64,000 nucleotides of DNA from Eledone cirrhosa (GCA_964016885.1 OZ024751.1:10292001-10356000); one strand, 5' to 3'; counted from the stretch's first letter, positions 25,939-40,266 are shown. Translations and numbers: made by a program. Notes: generated by a model not told the origin, from the letters alone.

Positions 25939-26079
25939 CCGTTAGACGAACAGCCATTAAAAAAAAATAATAAACATAAAAATAAGATCCCGGCACTTCA
26001 GGCGTTGTTACCTTTACAGATGCAATGGAAAAAAACACATCACTGTAACTTCCAGCACATCACATATTTATTATATATA

Positions 26080-26508
26080 GTGAAGGCGCATGGCTTAGTG
26101 GTTAGAGCATTGGGCTTGCAATCGAAAGGTTGTGAGTTCAATTCTCAGACCGGGTGATGTGTCGTTTCCTTGAGCAAGACACTTTATTTCAAATTGCTCC
26201 AGTTTACTCAGCTGTAGGAATGAGATGATAGGACTGGGGTCCACATCATTCCACTGCAAAGTGGTCGTGGAGGTGCCACGGCAGAAAAAGCACCCAGCCC
26301 ACACTGTAAAGTGGACGTGTAGGCGCCATGGAAAAAAAAAAAGCAGCCAGTACTCACTGTAAATGAAGTTGGTGTTAGGAAGGGCATCCAACTGTATAAA
26401 TCAAGCCAGAATCAGTTCCCGTATGAGCAAGACAAGGTAAACCAACAGGGCAACCCATCTAACCCATGCTAGCATGGAAGAATGGATGTAAAACGGAGAT
26501 GATGATGA
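26080..26508 (+). mobile_element. tRNA-derived SINE family B (CORE-like) with an RTE-type (GAT)n tail
   Basis: gtgaaggcgcatggcttagtggttagagc...gtgagttcaattc...ccttgagcaagacacttt...ttggtgttaggaagggcatcc...aacccatgctagcatgg...gatgatgat. Confidence 0.88.
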
Positions 26509-26932
26509 TATATCTTCTTTTGACCTGCAACTCCTGGGGGATTTGCAGGAGCAGCATGTTGACATATGGCATTTCTAAACCTGGCAGAGCCCATCCCCTC
26601 TCCAGGTCTGAACACAACAGATTTCTTCCAGAGAAGGATAGAAAGTGAGAAAGAGATATAGAGGAAGAATCAACCCCAGGACTAAACTGGTATTGGTACT
26701 TTTTTATTGACCTTAAATGGATGAAAGGCAAAGTTGACCTCGGCTGGATTTGAAAGAGAACAAAGAGTCAGAACAAATATTGCAAAGCATTCTAACCGAT
26801 GTTCTAATGACTCACACCTTAGCTATACATATACCTATAGTCAAAATATTTAACTCTTAACAACACTAGCCATCTAAATATATTTCTATTTCCGCTCTAC
26901 CTCTGCCAATTCACCGCCAATAAATATTATAG

Positions 26933-27417
26933 ACCATATTTTCCAGCACCGAAGACGCTTTGTCCTCGAGGATGCACCAAAAATTTGAAAAAAAAATAAT
27001 AAACATAAAAATAAGATCCCAGCACTTCAGGCGTTGTTACCTTTACAGATGCAATGGAAAAAAACACATCACTGTAACTTCCAGCACATCACTTAAAATG
27101 TTCCTAGCATTTATTATGGCTGTTCGTCTAACACTTATTTGCGCTATTCCTATACAGGAATTAATTTTGGGGATTGCGTATATGTTAAAAAATGTTTATG
27201 ATACTTTTGTTTATATACTACTTTAACAAAGTATAATTTATACACTTCACTGAGCAGTCATATACAGGGGTTCAGATTACTGTCTAGCATAGATAATTTT
27301 CCTCTGGGGTTAGGATATGCCTATGAAAAATGCAACCTTCGGCCTCCAGGATGCATGGTAGATTTTTTAGACTTATTTTAGAAAAAAAGGAGCGTCTTCG
27401 ACGCCAGCAAATATGGT
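26933..27417. mobile_element. pogo/Tigger-like non-autonomous DNA element
   Basis: Imperfect TIR accatattttccagcaccgaagacgct / agcgtcttcgacgccagcaaatatggt. Confidence 0.65.
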
Positions 27418-28188
27418 GTATAACCTTGGAGTTATATTAATCGGAGTTCAAATCCTGCCAGGGTTAGCTTTGTTTTCATTCTTACGGGGTCAATAAAATA
27501 AAGTACCAGTAATGCACTGGGGCCAATTTAATCGATTTTCCCCTCCTCCAAAATTACTGGTCTTGTGCCTAAACTAGAAACAATTATCATGGATAATGGA
27601 CACTAAATGGTGATGATGATGATGATGATGTTAATCCTTTATTCCAGCTAAGGATTCTCTTTGGAATTCACTCCATTACAGAATATGTTTGCAACAAAGT
27701 TAATGATGGGGCCTCTGGAATGGAACCACCCTCTGATGGTTCCAACAAGGACTGTTCCATTTTGTTCAATTACTGGAACAGCCTGCTTGTGAACTTAGCA
27801 TGTAAGTGGCTGAATATTCCACAGATACCCCTAATGCAATTATCAAGGAGATTCACTGTGCCACAATGCATGCAAGGTTGGCCCTTTGAATTACTCCAGA
27901 GAATTACTCGAAGGAACTACATTTTGGCTGCTTGTATTCGTGGTCATATTCTTTTGGTCATTAGCCAAGACTTATGACCATAGGTAAGGGTTGGCACAAA
28001 TACCAAGTATCCAAAAAATGTCAACATCACTTAAAATCTATTTTCCATGCTTGCATGGGTCAGTCAGGTTGTCATGTTGCAAGGCCAGACATATGTCTTG
28101 TTCATATATCAAAATAAAAAATGACAATAAAAATTTAAAAAAAACAAACAAGCAAGAATAAACCAGTCAGTGGCTTAACTATATTTAC

Positions 28189-28420
28189 CTCCATAATGTA
28201 TGAGCCATTTGAGACACTCAACACTATTATTTGTTACAGCAGTGTAGACAGCTGTCCTACCACTGTTGTCTAATTGGTTAACATTTGCCAATTCATCTCC
28301 TTCCAGTAGACATTGCATCAGCTCACTGTTGTTGTAGATGGCTGCTTGATGTATCATCTGGCCTGGCCATTCATCCAGGTTGGCAGAAGAGGTGTCTGAG
28401 TTATTCACTTCACTGGTCAT
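28189..28420 (-). CDS. Lrrk: Lrrk/LRRK1-like gene, first coding exon (ATG; ankyrin repeats)
   Basis: MTSEV...IHQAAIYNNSELMQCLL...GRTAVYTAVTNNSVECLKWLIHYG contains ankyrin motifs. Acceptor tatatttcag before 28439 leaves a 19-nt UTR. Donor G|GTAAAT at 28188, phase 1. Confidence 0.88.
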
Positions 28421-28679
28421 CTTTCAGCAATGGCTACAACTGAAATATAAACCAAAACCAAACCAAAATTATAACTTGTACTTCTACAAAATAACAACTA
28501 CTATCATAGGAGCTCCAGCATGGTCTATTTTCACCTGCTAGACAAACAAATCTCCCCCAAACCACACTTTATCTTCCTGAAAAAAATGGTAAGAATCACA
28601 TTGGATAATATGTTACTAAATACTCTTAAACAGACAAATGATCCTTGCTGGAATTCGTTAGATTATATAGGTTTTCTCA

Positions 28680-29490
28680 GTCAGGTTCTAAGTGGTATCA
28701 CATCAGGCAGGTGTAAAATCAGTCGGCTGGAATTTGCTGACGACATGGTGTTACTTAACTCAACATAAGGTGATCTCCAAATTGCACTCGATAGGTGTGA
28801 TGCCGAGTGCTGCATGGCTGGAATGAAAATGAGTGCTGCGAAAACTGAGACACTTGTCCTCTCAAGGAAGCCTGTGCAGTGAATGGAGTTCTATTGAAGC
28901 AGGTGGAGAAAGTCAAGTATCTCCAAGCTGTGGTTGCAAGTGATGGAAGGCAGGAGACTGAATTAAGTGCAAGAATTGTAGGAGCTGGTGCAGTAATGCG
29001 CCAACTTCAGCATATAGTAATCAGAAGAAAGGAGGTAGGCATAAAAGCCAAACTCGCTATCTTTAATTTGGTAATCGTGCTAACCATCATCTATGGTCTT
29101 GAATCTTGGGTAATGACTGTGAATATAAGCAGCGCCAAAATGGGGTTCCTCCAAAGGGTTTTTTGAGTAGAGCTCAGAGAGTCACACAAGGTAGAAACAC
29201 TACTTCTCCAAATTGAGAAATCACAGCTCCGATACTATGGGCATGGGGTTAAAATGTCTCAGGAAAGAATTGCTGGAGAGATTTTACAAGCAAAACCAAC
29301 TGGCAGGAGACCCAAGGGTAGACCCTGAGCAAGATGGTTGGATAACATCTGTGATCTACGCTGGTCTCACTTGGGGATCCAGCCAGATCAGGTGGAGATG
29401 GTTGCTTCTGACACAACCCACTGGAAGGAGTGTTTGAGGACTCTGCAGCCATGACCCTCTGAGGAATAAATGGGCAAAGAAGAAGAAAAA
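28680..29490 (+). mobile_element. Degenerate RTE-like LINE fragment (second family)
   Basis: ISRLEFADDMVLL...KYL...KAKLAIFNLV...YGLESW, with stops and frameshifts and a (GAA)n tail. Confidence 0.85.
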
Positions 29491-31049
29491 GATGACAAAG
29501 ATAGTAACTTAACATATGGTTCTTATACATAAAATTATGTTGAAAGATTTTAATATAAATTGGAAACCTTTAAAATGGATGACTTTATTTCATAGAACCA
29601 GAGCCTATTTTGGCTATTCACACATCCCTTGCTTCTGGTCTTATAGAATCTTTGAAATGCATAAGCACAACCTCTGTCTCTGGTCTTAGAGGGTATGGGC
29701 CATGAACACAGGATAAATAAAAACAGAGTAATATATGATTTGAAGGAGAGGTTTGACTGCTTTATCTAGCAGTTGAAGCTAGTACATGGAACCAGCCTCT
29801 AATTCCATAACCAAAAACATTAATTCCATTTCCTTTACATTAAATCATTCATCTTCTTTACATTACTAATCCCCTGGGTAGTGGCGACAGGGGATTTCAG
29901 AAATGATACAACTTCTCATTTCTCCACCCCTCCAGTTTAGCTATCCAAATGATTTGTCATGTCAAAATAAAATAAAATAAACTCAATATTATCTCCTTCT
30001 GGGAAAGCAGTGAATCAACAGGATTAGTAATCAACAGGATTAGTGAGACATCAAACTAGTTACTTCATGGTATTTAGATTGATGAGGGGCAGAAACATTA
30101 ATGGATTAAATATCTTATAGGGGCCCTGTAAAAAGTCTGACTGAACCATTTAAAAAAAAAAACATGGACCCATTAACCCTTTAGCATTTACATTACTCTA
30201 TATTTACTATTATATTTTCATAGTAAAGGCTTTATCTCACATAATATCGAATCTATGAGATTTTGATATTAGTTATTTTGAGAACAATACCTTAACATCA
30301 GTATGATCGGCCAGTTACAGCTGGTTTGAACAGAAAAAGGTGAGAGAATTCTGGCCAGATATAGCTGGTTTAAATGCTAAAGGGTTAAATCATAGACTGA
30401 ACCATTAAAAAGAGTCAGGCCCTCTAAATCACAAACTGAACCATTAAGAAGACAGACCCATTAAATCACAGGCTGAAGCATTAAAAAGACACAAACCACT
30501 TAAATTTCAGACTGGCCCATTAAAAAAATACAGGCCTATTAAATCTCAGATTGAACCATTTAAAACATGAACCCATTAAATCTCATACTGAACCATTAAA
30601 AAAACACACATTAAATCTCATGGACCCATTAAATAAATCATCATCATCATCATCTTCGTTTAACGTCCATCTTCCACGCTAGCATGGGTTAGACGGGACT
30701 TGTCCCACTTGAGGCAAGGTTGGTCGGGTGACCGTGTCTCGCTCATATAGGACTATCTGGCAGGTTTTCTACAGCTGGATGCCCTTCCTAACACCAACCA
30801 CATTTACAGTGTGGATGCCAATGATAAACCAGGGCTAAATAAGTGAATTACTCATCCTCACAACAAAAATGTATAATTACTGGTACACATCAAATCTAAA
30901 GAAATCAGAAGTTTTGATTTCAATCAAGATTTTTTGATTGAAAACCTGCTTGATTTGGAAACGGGGGAGGTGGAAGACTGAGGTAGAGGTGGAAGACTGA
31001 GGTAGAGGTGAGGAGAATGGTGGTATTGATCCATAGTATTTATGATTTT

Positions 31050-33570
31050 AGTAACAGTAGTAGTAGTAATAGCAATAGTGGTGGTGATTAAAAGTATACT
31101 GGTAAGAAGGCAGCAAGTATTGTTAGTGGCGTTGGTGTTAGTGGTGGTAGGTGGTGGCTATTGCAATGGTGGTGGTGGTGGTGGTAGTGGTGCTGGTGGC
31201 TGTTGTGACAGTGGTAGTGTTGGTGGTGCTGGTGATGGGAGGTGGCTATTGTGGTGTTGGTAGTAGTGGTAGGGGTGCTGATGTTAGTGGTGCTAGTGGT
31301 GGTGGTGGTGATGAAAGGTGGCTATTGTGGTGGTGGTAGTGTTGGTAGTGGTGGGAGGTGGCTATTGTAGTGGTGGTGATGAGAGGTGGCTATTGTGGTG
31401 GTGGTAGTGTTGGTAGTGGTGGTAGGGGTGCTGATGTTAGTGGTGCTAGTGGTGGTGGTAGTGGTGGTAGGGGTGGTGAGTTAGTGGTGCTAGTGGTGGT
31501 GGTGGTAGTGTAGGTAGGGGTGCCGATGTTAGTGGTGCTAGTGGTGGTAGTGTTGGTAGTGGTGGTAGGGGTGCTGATGTTAGTGGTGCTAGTGGTGGTG
31601 GTGGTGGTAGTGTTGGTAGTGTTGGTAGGGTGCTGATGTTAGTGGTGCTAGTGGTGGTGGTGGTAGTGTTGGTAGTGGTGGTAGGGGTGATGTTAGTGGT
31701 GCTAGTGGTGGTGGTGGTAGTGTTGGTAGTGGTGGTGGTGGTAGTGTTGGTAGGGGTGCTGATGTTAGTGGTGCTAGTGGTGGTGGTGGTGGTAGTGTTG
31801 GTAGTGGTGGTAGGGGTGCTGAAGTTAGTGGTGCTAGTGGTGGTGGTGGTAGTGTTGGTAGTGGTGGTAGGGGTGCTGATGTTAGTGGTGCTAGTGGTGG
31901 TGGTGGTAGTGTTGGTAGGGGTGCTGATGTTAGTGGTGCTAGTGGTGGTGGTGGTAGTGTTGGTAGGGGTGCTGATGTTAGTGGTGCTAGTGGTGGTGGT
32001 GGTAGGGGTGCTGATGTTAGTGGTGCTAGTGGTGGTGGTGATGAGAGGTGGCTATTGTGGTGGTGGTAGTGTTGGTAGTGGTGGGAGGTGGCTATTGTAG
32101 TGGTGGTGGGAGGTGGCTATTGTAGTGGTGGTGATGGGAGGTGGCTATTGTGGTGGTGTTGGTAGTGGTAGTGGTGATGGGAGGTGGCTATTGTGGTGTT
32201 GGTAGTGGTGGGAGGTGGATATTGTAGTGGTGGTGATGGTGAGAGGTGGTTATTGTGGTGGTGAGAGGTGGTTATTGTGGTGGTGGTGGAGGTACTGATG
32301 GCATTGATCCATGCTGGTGATTATTGATGATATCAGAGAACAGTGGTGGTGATGTGAGGTGGCCATTGTTGTAGTAGTGGTAGTTGTAGTAGTGGTGGTG
32401 ATGGTAGTAGTGTTAGTAATAGTAGATATCTGTGGTGTTAGTTGTGGTGGTAGTAGTAGTGGTGGTGTCAGTGGCAGTAGTAGTAGTGGTAGTAATAGTG
32501 GTAGTGGTGGTAGCTATGGTGTGTCAGTGGTGGTGGTAGTAGTAGTAGTGTCAGTGGTGGTAGCTGTGGTGGTGTCAGTGGCAGTAGTAGTAGTGGCAGT
32601 AGTAATAGTAGTAGTGGTGGTGATAACTATGATAGAAAGCCTCAACATCTTCAGTAGACCAGTTCTCTGTAATAATCCGATCAGTTGGAATAGAATTAGG
32701 ATTTCAAGATGGTGGGGGGGGGGCATTGATGATGATAGTGGTGGTGGTGGCGTTAGTGGTGTGGGGTATAGTGGGGGTGGAAGTGATGGTATTGATTGTG
32801 GTGGTGGGAGTAGTGGTGTTATTGGTTGGAGTGGTGGTGTTGGTGGTGATGATGGTATTGATGGTGGTGGTGGTGGTGGTGGTGGTGGTAGTGTTTATGG
32901 TGATGGTATTGGTTATAGTGGTAGTGTTGATGGTGGTGGTGGTAGTGGTGGTTATAGTGGTGGTGTTTATGGTGATGGTATTGGTTATAGTGGTAGTGTT
33001 GATGGTGGTGGTGGTAGTGGTGGTTATAGTGGTGGTGTTTATGGTGATGGTATTGGTTATAGTGGTGGTGGTGTTGATGGTGGTGGTGGTAGTGGTGGTG
33101 GTAGTGGTTGTGGTAGTGGTGGTGGTAGCGGTGTTTATGGTGATGGTATTGGTTGTAGTGGTGGTGGTGTTGATAGTGGTGGTGGTGTTGATGGTGGTGG
33201 TGGTAGTGGTGGTGGTATTGGCTATAGTGGTAGTGTTGATGGTGGTGGTGGTAGTGGTGGTGTTTATGGTGATGGTATTGGTTATAGTGGTAGTGTTGAT
33301 GGTGGTGGTGGTAGTGGTGGTGTTTATGGTGATGGTATTAGTTATAGTGGTGGTGGTGGTGTTGATGGTGGTGGTGGTAGTGGTGGTGGTAGTGGTGTTT
33401 ATGGTGATGGTATTGGTTATAGCGGTGGTGTTGGTGGTTGTGATGATGGCATTGATGGTGGTGGTAGTGGTGGTTATAGTGGTGGTAGTGGTGGTTATGG
33501 TGGTGGTATTGGCTGTAGTTGTGGTTATATTGATGGTATTGGTTATAGTGGTGGTGTTGGTGGTTGTTCC
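31050..33570. repeat. GT-rich (GGT/AGT/GAT) degenerate minisatellite field
   Basis: Triplet-based repeats that produce poly-V, poly-G and poly-T ORFs. Confidence 0.92.
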
Positions 33571-34179
33571 CAGATTGAGAGTCACACTGTGTCTATGAGC
33601 AAAACAATTTATTCCATGCTACTTCAGTCCATTCTTCAGATGAAAACATGAGTATCAGCAGCAGCTGGTACAATGTGTCTTTGATGGGGTGGACGGGGGT
33701 AACATTCTGATGAACAGTGTTCTGTCCAGAATTGAGTCTTGTACTCTGTCACTTACCACATGAAACCAGGGTAAGCTCAGGTTTGAAGAAGAACTTTAAA
33801 AATTAAGAGAGGTCACAGTGTAAATGTGATTGGCGTTAAGAAGGGCATCCAACTGTAAAAACCCCAGCCAAATTTACAGTCCCATCAGAGCAAGTCCTGG
33901 CCAAACTTGTCTCTCGACGCGGATGACCGATCTGACCCATGCAAGCATGGAAAAATTGATGTTAAATGGTGATGATGAGGATGATCTAGTTCAAGGAAAT
34001 AGTTGTACTCATCATCATCATCATCATCATTGTTGATTTAACATCTGCTTTCCCTGCTAGCAAGGGCTGGACGGGTCTATATAGACCAAACAATAATCAC
34101 TCAATATGTAAAATAAAAAATGTGTAAGTAGAAAGGGCTTCTCTCTCAGAGTGAAGGGCTGATTGCATGATGCATGTGT

Positions 34180-34642
34180 TTAACACTTTAGCATAGGCAT
34201 GTCAAACATGCAGACTGTGGACTGCATGCGGCCCTTTACAAGCACACCTACAGCCAACACAAATGTTTTTACAGCACGAGCGTAATATAAAATAAAAAAC
34301 ATTAGTTGAAATGTGCGCAATTAGTTGTCATGTTCGGCCCTCAGACAACACATATGTGACCCATGTGGCCCTCAGACAACACATTTGTGACCCATGTCAC
34401 CCTCGGGGGTCCCTCAGTTTGACATGCCTGCTTTAGCATTTACATTACTCTATATTTACTATTGTATTTTTGTGCTAAAGTCACTATCTCACATAATTAT
34501 CTCATATAATATCGAATCTATGAGATTTTGACATTATTTATTTTGAGAACATCAGTATGAGCGACCGGTAACAACCAGTTTGAACAGAAAGGAGTGAGAT
34601 CATTCTGGCCAGATACGGCCAGTTTAAATGCTAAAGGGTTAA
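34180..34642. mobile_element. TTAA MITE interrupted in its TIR by a hAT MITE
   Basis: ttaacactttagca[insert]ctttagcatttacattactc...aaatgctaaagggttaa. Confidence 0.85.
34194..34430. mobile_element. hAT (Charlie-like) MITE
   Basis: TIR TAGGCATGTCAAAC / GTTTGACATGCCTG. 8-bp TSD CTTTAGCA at 34186-34193 and 34431-34438. Confidence 0.9.
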
Positions 34643-34720
34643 ATGGCTATGTTGCATGGTAGCATGATGTGAATCTTGAATGCAGAAAATTTGCAGTAGC
34701 TGGAACATCATGAAACATAC

Positions 34721-34943
34721 ATAGGGCAAACAGGGTATTAAGCCCTGAAGGCATTAAGCTCCACCTCACTACAAATTTTGGCACAAACTGTATTGCTTCA
34801 ATTTATTGATCTTCATATAACTTTGTTTTCAAGAAAAACACATTCTGATTGGTTCTTGGCATTATATTTATATTTGGCTGGTGTATTTGTAGTGTGGTGG
34901 AGCTTAATATGCCCTGGGGCTTAATACCCTCCGCTTGTCCTAT
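34721..34943. mobile_element. MITE with ~45-bp imperfect TIRs
   Basis: atagggcaaacagggtattaagccc...ttaagctccacc / ggtggagcttaa...gggcttaataccctccgcttgtcctat. Confidence 0.7.
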
Positions 34944-35288
34944 TCCACTGGATGTGTAATATTAGTTTAGTGTGCATAAACAATGCAGCACAATTGAATC
35001 GGGAAAAAAATCTGAGTATGAGAGAAAAGAGATGCAGTGTGTAAGAGAGATGTCTGTGCTGCTATGAACTTCTTATGTGTAAGGAGAGTGAAAGTTGTAT
35101 AGAGACGTACCAAATATTTGAAGTAAGTGGAACATGTGTTAAAGGGAGAGCTAGGAAAATATGGGATGAAGTTGTAGTCTTCTTTTGTATGAGACTGCAA
35201 TTACATTGTAGTGAAGAATGACCTCAAGAGACAAACTCACAAAGGATAAGACCCATCCACCAGTACAAACACAATATGGTCACAGAAT

Positions 35289-35724
35289 TTAACCCTTTAG
35301 CATTTACATTACTTGGTGCTAGGAAGGGCATCCAGCTGTAGAAACCAAGCCAAAATCGATTCCGTATGAGCAAGACATGGTCACCTGATCTGGCATTGCT
35401 CACAACAGGATAACTTGTCTAACCCATGCCAGAGTGGAAACATTGGACGTTAAACAGTGATGATGATGATTACTCTATATTTACTATTGTATTTTCACAG
35501 TAAATTATCTCACATAATATCACATAATTTCACATAATTATCTCACATAATATCACATAATTTCACATAATTATCTCACATAATATCAAATCTATGAGAT
35601 TTTGATATTTATTTTGAGAACAATACCTGAACATAAGTATGAGCAGCCGGTTATGGTCAAGTTGAACAGAAAAAGGTAAAAAAGTTCTGGCTGGATACAG
35701 CTGGTTTAAATTCTAAAGGGTTAA
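35289..35724. mobile_element. TTAA MITE interrupted by a SINE-B tail (35314-35470)
   Basis: MITE termini are intact. The insert is flanked by ATTACT repeats. Confidence 0.8.
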
Positions 35725-38700
35725 AAGTGGCGATACATATACATACTCTCTCTCTGCTTTCAACTCATGGTCCTCAGCCCCGCAGTCATGTTTGCCTTGA
35801 AAGAATACAGAAAACTGAACCTCACAAAGAAGGAGAAGACCCATCCACCAGTACAAACACAACAATATCACCACAGAACTTAAAAGTAGTGATACATACT
35901 CTCTCTTTATACTAATGATCATCCCACCCACCCCTCAGTCATGATTGCCTTGAAAAAACAGAGACTGCGTGGAGTAAACAGGTCTCTTTAGCCTTGCAGA
36001 GGACAGGGCACTCTCTCTAGGGCAATGATCAAATTCATTAGTACAATCAGTAAAGTGGTTGGTGATTGAATGAGGCACAACATAAGGTAGAAAGGGTTCT
36101 TTAGTCCTAAATCTCTCTAATGTTGGTGCAATAATATGTAAAGTGGTTTGTGTTAGAGAGGGTATCTGGTCATAAAAGCCTTGCCAATATTGGTATGTAT
36201 GCATATGATGTGGTCTTCTGTGCTTTCTTCAAGGGCAGTAACTCTGAATAAGGTCCCTGACCATAACAACCCATCAAACTGATGTCATTAAGGAAACAAA
36301 TGTAACATCATGATCATCATCATTTTACGTCCGCTTTTCCCTGCTTGCAAGGGTGGGACGGGAACTGATTCTGGCTTGATTTCTACAGCTGGATGCCCTT
36401 CCTAACACCAACCTCATTTACAGTGAGTGCTGGGTGCTTTTTTTCGTGGCACCTCCACGACCACTTTGTAGTGGAATGATATGGATCCCAGCCCCTATCA
36501 TCTCATTTCTACAGCCGAGTAAACTGGAGCAATGTGAAATAAAGTGTCTTGCTCAAGGAAACAACACATCACCCGGTCTGAGAATTGAACTCACAACCTT
36601 TCAATTGCAATGAGGTCGTGTAGGTGTCACAACAAAAAAAAACACACAGTCACGCTGTAATCTGGCCGTGTAGGCAACACGGTAAAAACCTCCCAGTTCC
36701 ACACTGTAAATGTGGTTGGTGTTAGGAAGGGCATCCAGCGAGCAAGACAACCATGCTTGCCTCAAGTGGGAAAACTCCCGTCCAAACCCATGCAAGCGTG
36801 GAATATGGACGTTAAACGATGATGATGATGATGATGATGATATAACCAGTTTGTATCTATAGATCTTGTGGTATTAATTATGGTCACATACATTCGATTA
36901 CTTTATTCTTGGTGTCACATTTTTTTTTATTTTTGTGATTACTCTAGATGAAAATGTATTAACTTTTCACACCATCAAGTGCTTTGTGGTTGCCTCAAAC
37001 AATTCGATTAGTACCTGCTATGCTGCAGCTACAACTTATATTTATACCTATTATTAGATATATATATGATGATGATGATGATATAAATTACAGAATGAAA
37101 CCAAGGCTGTTCATTTAAATCCATCTTTAATCTCAACAATTGTTTCTATACAAATACGAGTCCTGTGAGTACATATAAACAATGAACCAAACAGTTGCAA
37201 TTAATAATTTACATGGTATTTAGACTCACACGGCATGTCTTCAGGAGCGGTTTTTCTCCGGCAGTGGAGAGATGCTGCTGTGCTGAGAAGGACCCGTCCA
37301 GCATTTGCAAGTGTGGAAAAATGATGATGATGATATATGGCATTAAGAAGAGCCTTCAGTTATAGAAGCCATGCCAAATACGAAGCATATAAGCAAAACA
37401 TGCTCTCCCGATCTGTCTAGTCTCAGACCATTAACTTTAGTTATATATTCACAGGGAGATTTTATGAATTTCAAATACTTTCTTGTGAACCTGTATGGGT
37501 ATTTATTCTATACTCTATTATTCCCTTCAGTGTGAGTGTGTGTGTCGGAGTGTGAGTGTGTGTGTCGGAGTGTGTGAGTATGTGTGTCGGAGTGTGTGAG
37601 TGTGTGTGTCGGAGTGTGTGAGTGTGTGTGTCGGAGTGTGTGAGTGTGTGTGTCGGAGTGTGTGAGTGTGTGTGTCGGTGAAACATTCATATACACCAGG
37701 TCTGAACACAAAAGAACCAAACTCCCACAGTCCACCGTATCTCCCACTCTCCATCTTTCATTATTATAAGCAAATGGGGGCCCATGCACTGGTCGCCCCA
37801 CGGCCCCGGCGGATTGAATAGAGAAGGCGTTTCCCCGGAGGATGGTGAGGAAGTCGCACCGGAAGAACCATTACAACTCATGGGGCTCACACCTGCAGAT
37901 AGCCAACTCTGTGCCAATGGTGGTGAGTAGGGCCAAAAACAAAACCATGACAACCAATCCAATGTACGCCAGCATATAAGCAAACATGAAATGATGAAGA
38001 TGATATTAATGACTAAAGGTGGATGAAAGCAGCGTAATTAAAATTAGGACCAGCAATAACTGAGAAATGTAATCATCAACATAGGATTCCTAAATTACTG
38101 AAACCAGGAGACCCAGGATAGACCCCGAGCATGATGGTTGGATAACATCAATGAGCTTGGCTGCTCTCTCTTGGGGATCCAGCTGGATCAGTGGGAGACG
38201 GTTGCTGACAGGACAGGACCTGCTGGAAGGAGTGTTTGAGGACTCTGCTCCCCCACGGTCCTCTCAGGAATAAGTGGGCGAAGAAGAAGAGAAGTAAATA
38301 ATTACATTAAATAGTGAAATCATATACCCAGGACCAGTGCCAGACTATCGACACCCTACACAAGGTTAGATTTGGAGAAATGCGCCCCCTGAAATCAGCG
38401 CCCTAGGCAGTTGCCTAGTTTGCCTATATGGTAGCGCCGGACCTGCAAACATTTTTTTTTTTTTTTTTTTTAAACAATGATCAGAATTCATTTCACCACT
38501 CTTCAATAATTTGAAAAGACGATGCTCAAATAATACCTTAGCCAGTACCAATCATTATTTAATCCCGCCGAGGTTAACTTTGCCTTTCATCCTTACGGGG
38601 TCGATAAAATAAAGTACCAGTCACGCACTGGGGTTGATTTAATTGACTTTCCGCTCCCCCACCAAATTGCTGGCCTTGTGTCTAAATCAGAAACCATTAT

Positions 38701-39184
38701 TATTGGACATTTTTTTTAAATTACGACGCTTTCCTTCACTTTTACTCGTACAATAATTTAACAACAAAAAAATATCACTTTCACTTTTGCTGGCGCGCTG
38801 TGCGTGTGTGTGTGGTGTGTGGTGTGTGTGTGTGTGTGTGTGTGCGTGCGTGGGTAGACACAAGGTGTGTATGTGTGAGAAAAAGCGTATATGTGTATCA
38901 TGTGAGAAAAAGCGTCATGTTAAGAAAACCCATTTAAAGATGCTGGTAATTGATTAGTAGTAGTAGTCGTAGTGATGGTAATGGTAATAATAGTAGTAGT
39001 GGTGGTGGTAGTAGTAGTGATAATAGTAGTATTAATAGTGGTGGTAGTAATAGTGGTGATTGTGGTAGTAGTAGTTAAATTGATTGTGCCACAGATTGTA
39101 GTAGTAGTAGTAGTAGTACATTGTGTGTTTACTAAAGGTGGAGGTTGTGATTGTGTAAACGGGAGTAATGGAGGCAGCAGTATG

Positions 39185-39286
39185 CATGATATATATATAT
39201 ATATATATATATAACTGTATATGCATATATATATATATATATATATATGCATATATATATATATATATATATATATACACTGTATA

Positions 39287-39327
<41 letters not shown>

Positions 39328-39333
39328 TGTATA

Positions 39334-39374
<41 letters not shown>

Positions 39375-39380
39375 TGTATA

Positions 39381-39417
<37 letters not shown>

Positions 39418-39423
39418 TGTATA

Positions 39424-39460
<37 letters not shown>

Positions 39461-39466
39461 TGTATA

Positions 39467-39539
<73 letters not shown>

Positions 39540-39840
39540 TGTATATGCATATATATATATATATATATACACTGTATATGCATGTATATGTACACAGATT
39601 ATATGCATATATGTAGATATATGCATATATCTACACACACAGTGTACGCATATATACACACACACACACAGTATACGCATATATACACACACACATACGC
39701 ATATATACACACACACATACGCATATATACACACACACAGTATACGCATATATGTAGATATATGCATATATCTACACACACGGTGTACGCATATATACAC
39801 ACACACAGTATACGCATATATACACACACACAGTATACGC

Positions 39841-39871
<31 letters not shown>

Positions 39872-39903
39872 GTATACGCATATATATACACACACACAGT
39901 ATA

Positions 39904-39939
<36 letters not shown>

Positions 39940-40190
39940 GTATATGCATATATATATACACACAGTATACGCATATATATATATATACACACACACACAG
40001 TATACGCATATATATATATATACACACACACACACAGTATACGCATATATATATACACACACAGTATACGCATATATATATACACACAGTATACGCATAT
40101 ATATGTATATATACATACACACACAGTATACGCATATATATACACACACACAGTATATGTATAATAATTATATATATATATATAAATATA
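39185..40190. repeat. Compound (TA)n/(CA)n minisatellite
   Basis: Units cactgtatatgca(ta)n and cagtatacgca(ta)n(ca)n. Confidence 0.92.
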
Positions 40191-40266
40191 TAGGAAAATG
40201 TATGACCCCGACGGCAGAGCTCAAGCCGTTTCAACGGCTATTTCTGGCTATTACCACAACTCCTTC

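Noticed and set aside
31042-33651. Gly-rich 430-aa ORF resembling a structural protein
   Set aside because: A triplet-repeat field open in several frames, with no splice or start context. It lies in the probable Lrrk first intron.
37190-37250. Minus-strand CTGAAGA-CATG...CATG-TAAA hammerhead-like motif
   Set aside because: The GAAA box is mutated and no stem I or III was found. Too degenerate to call.
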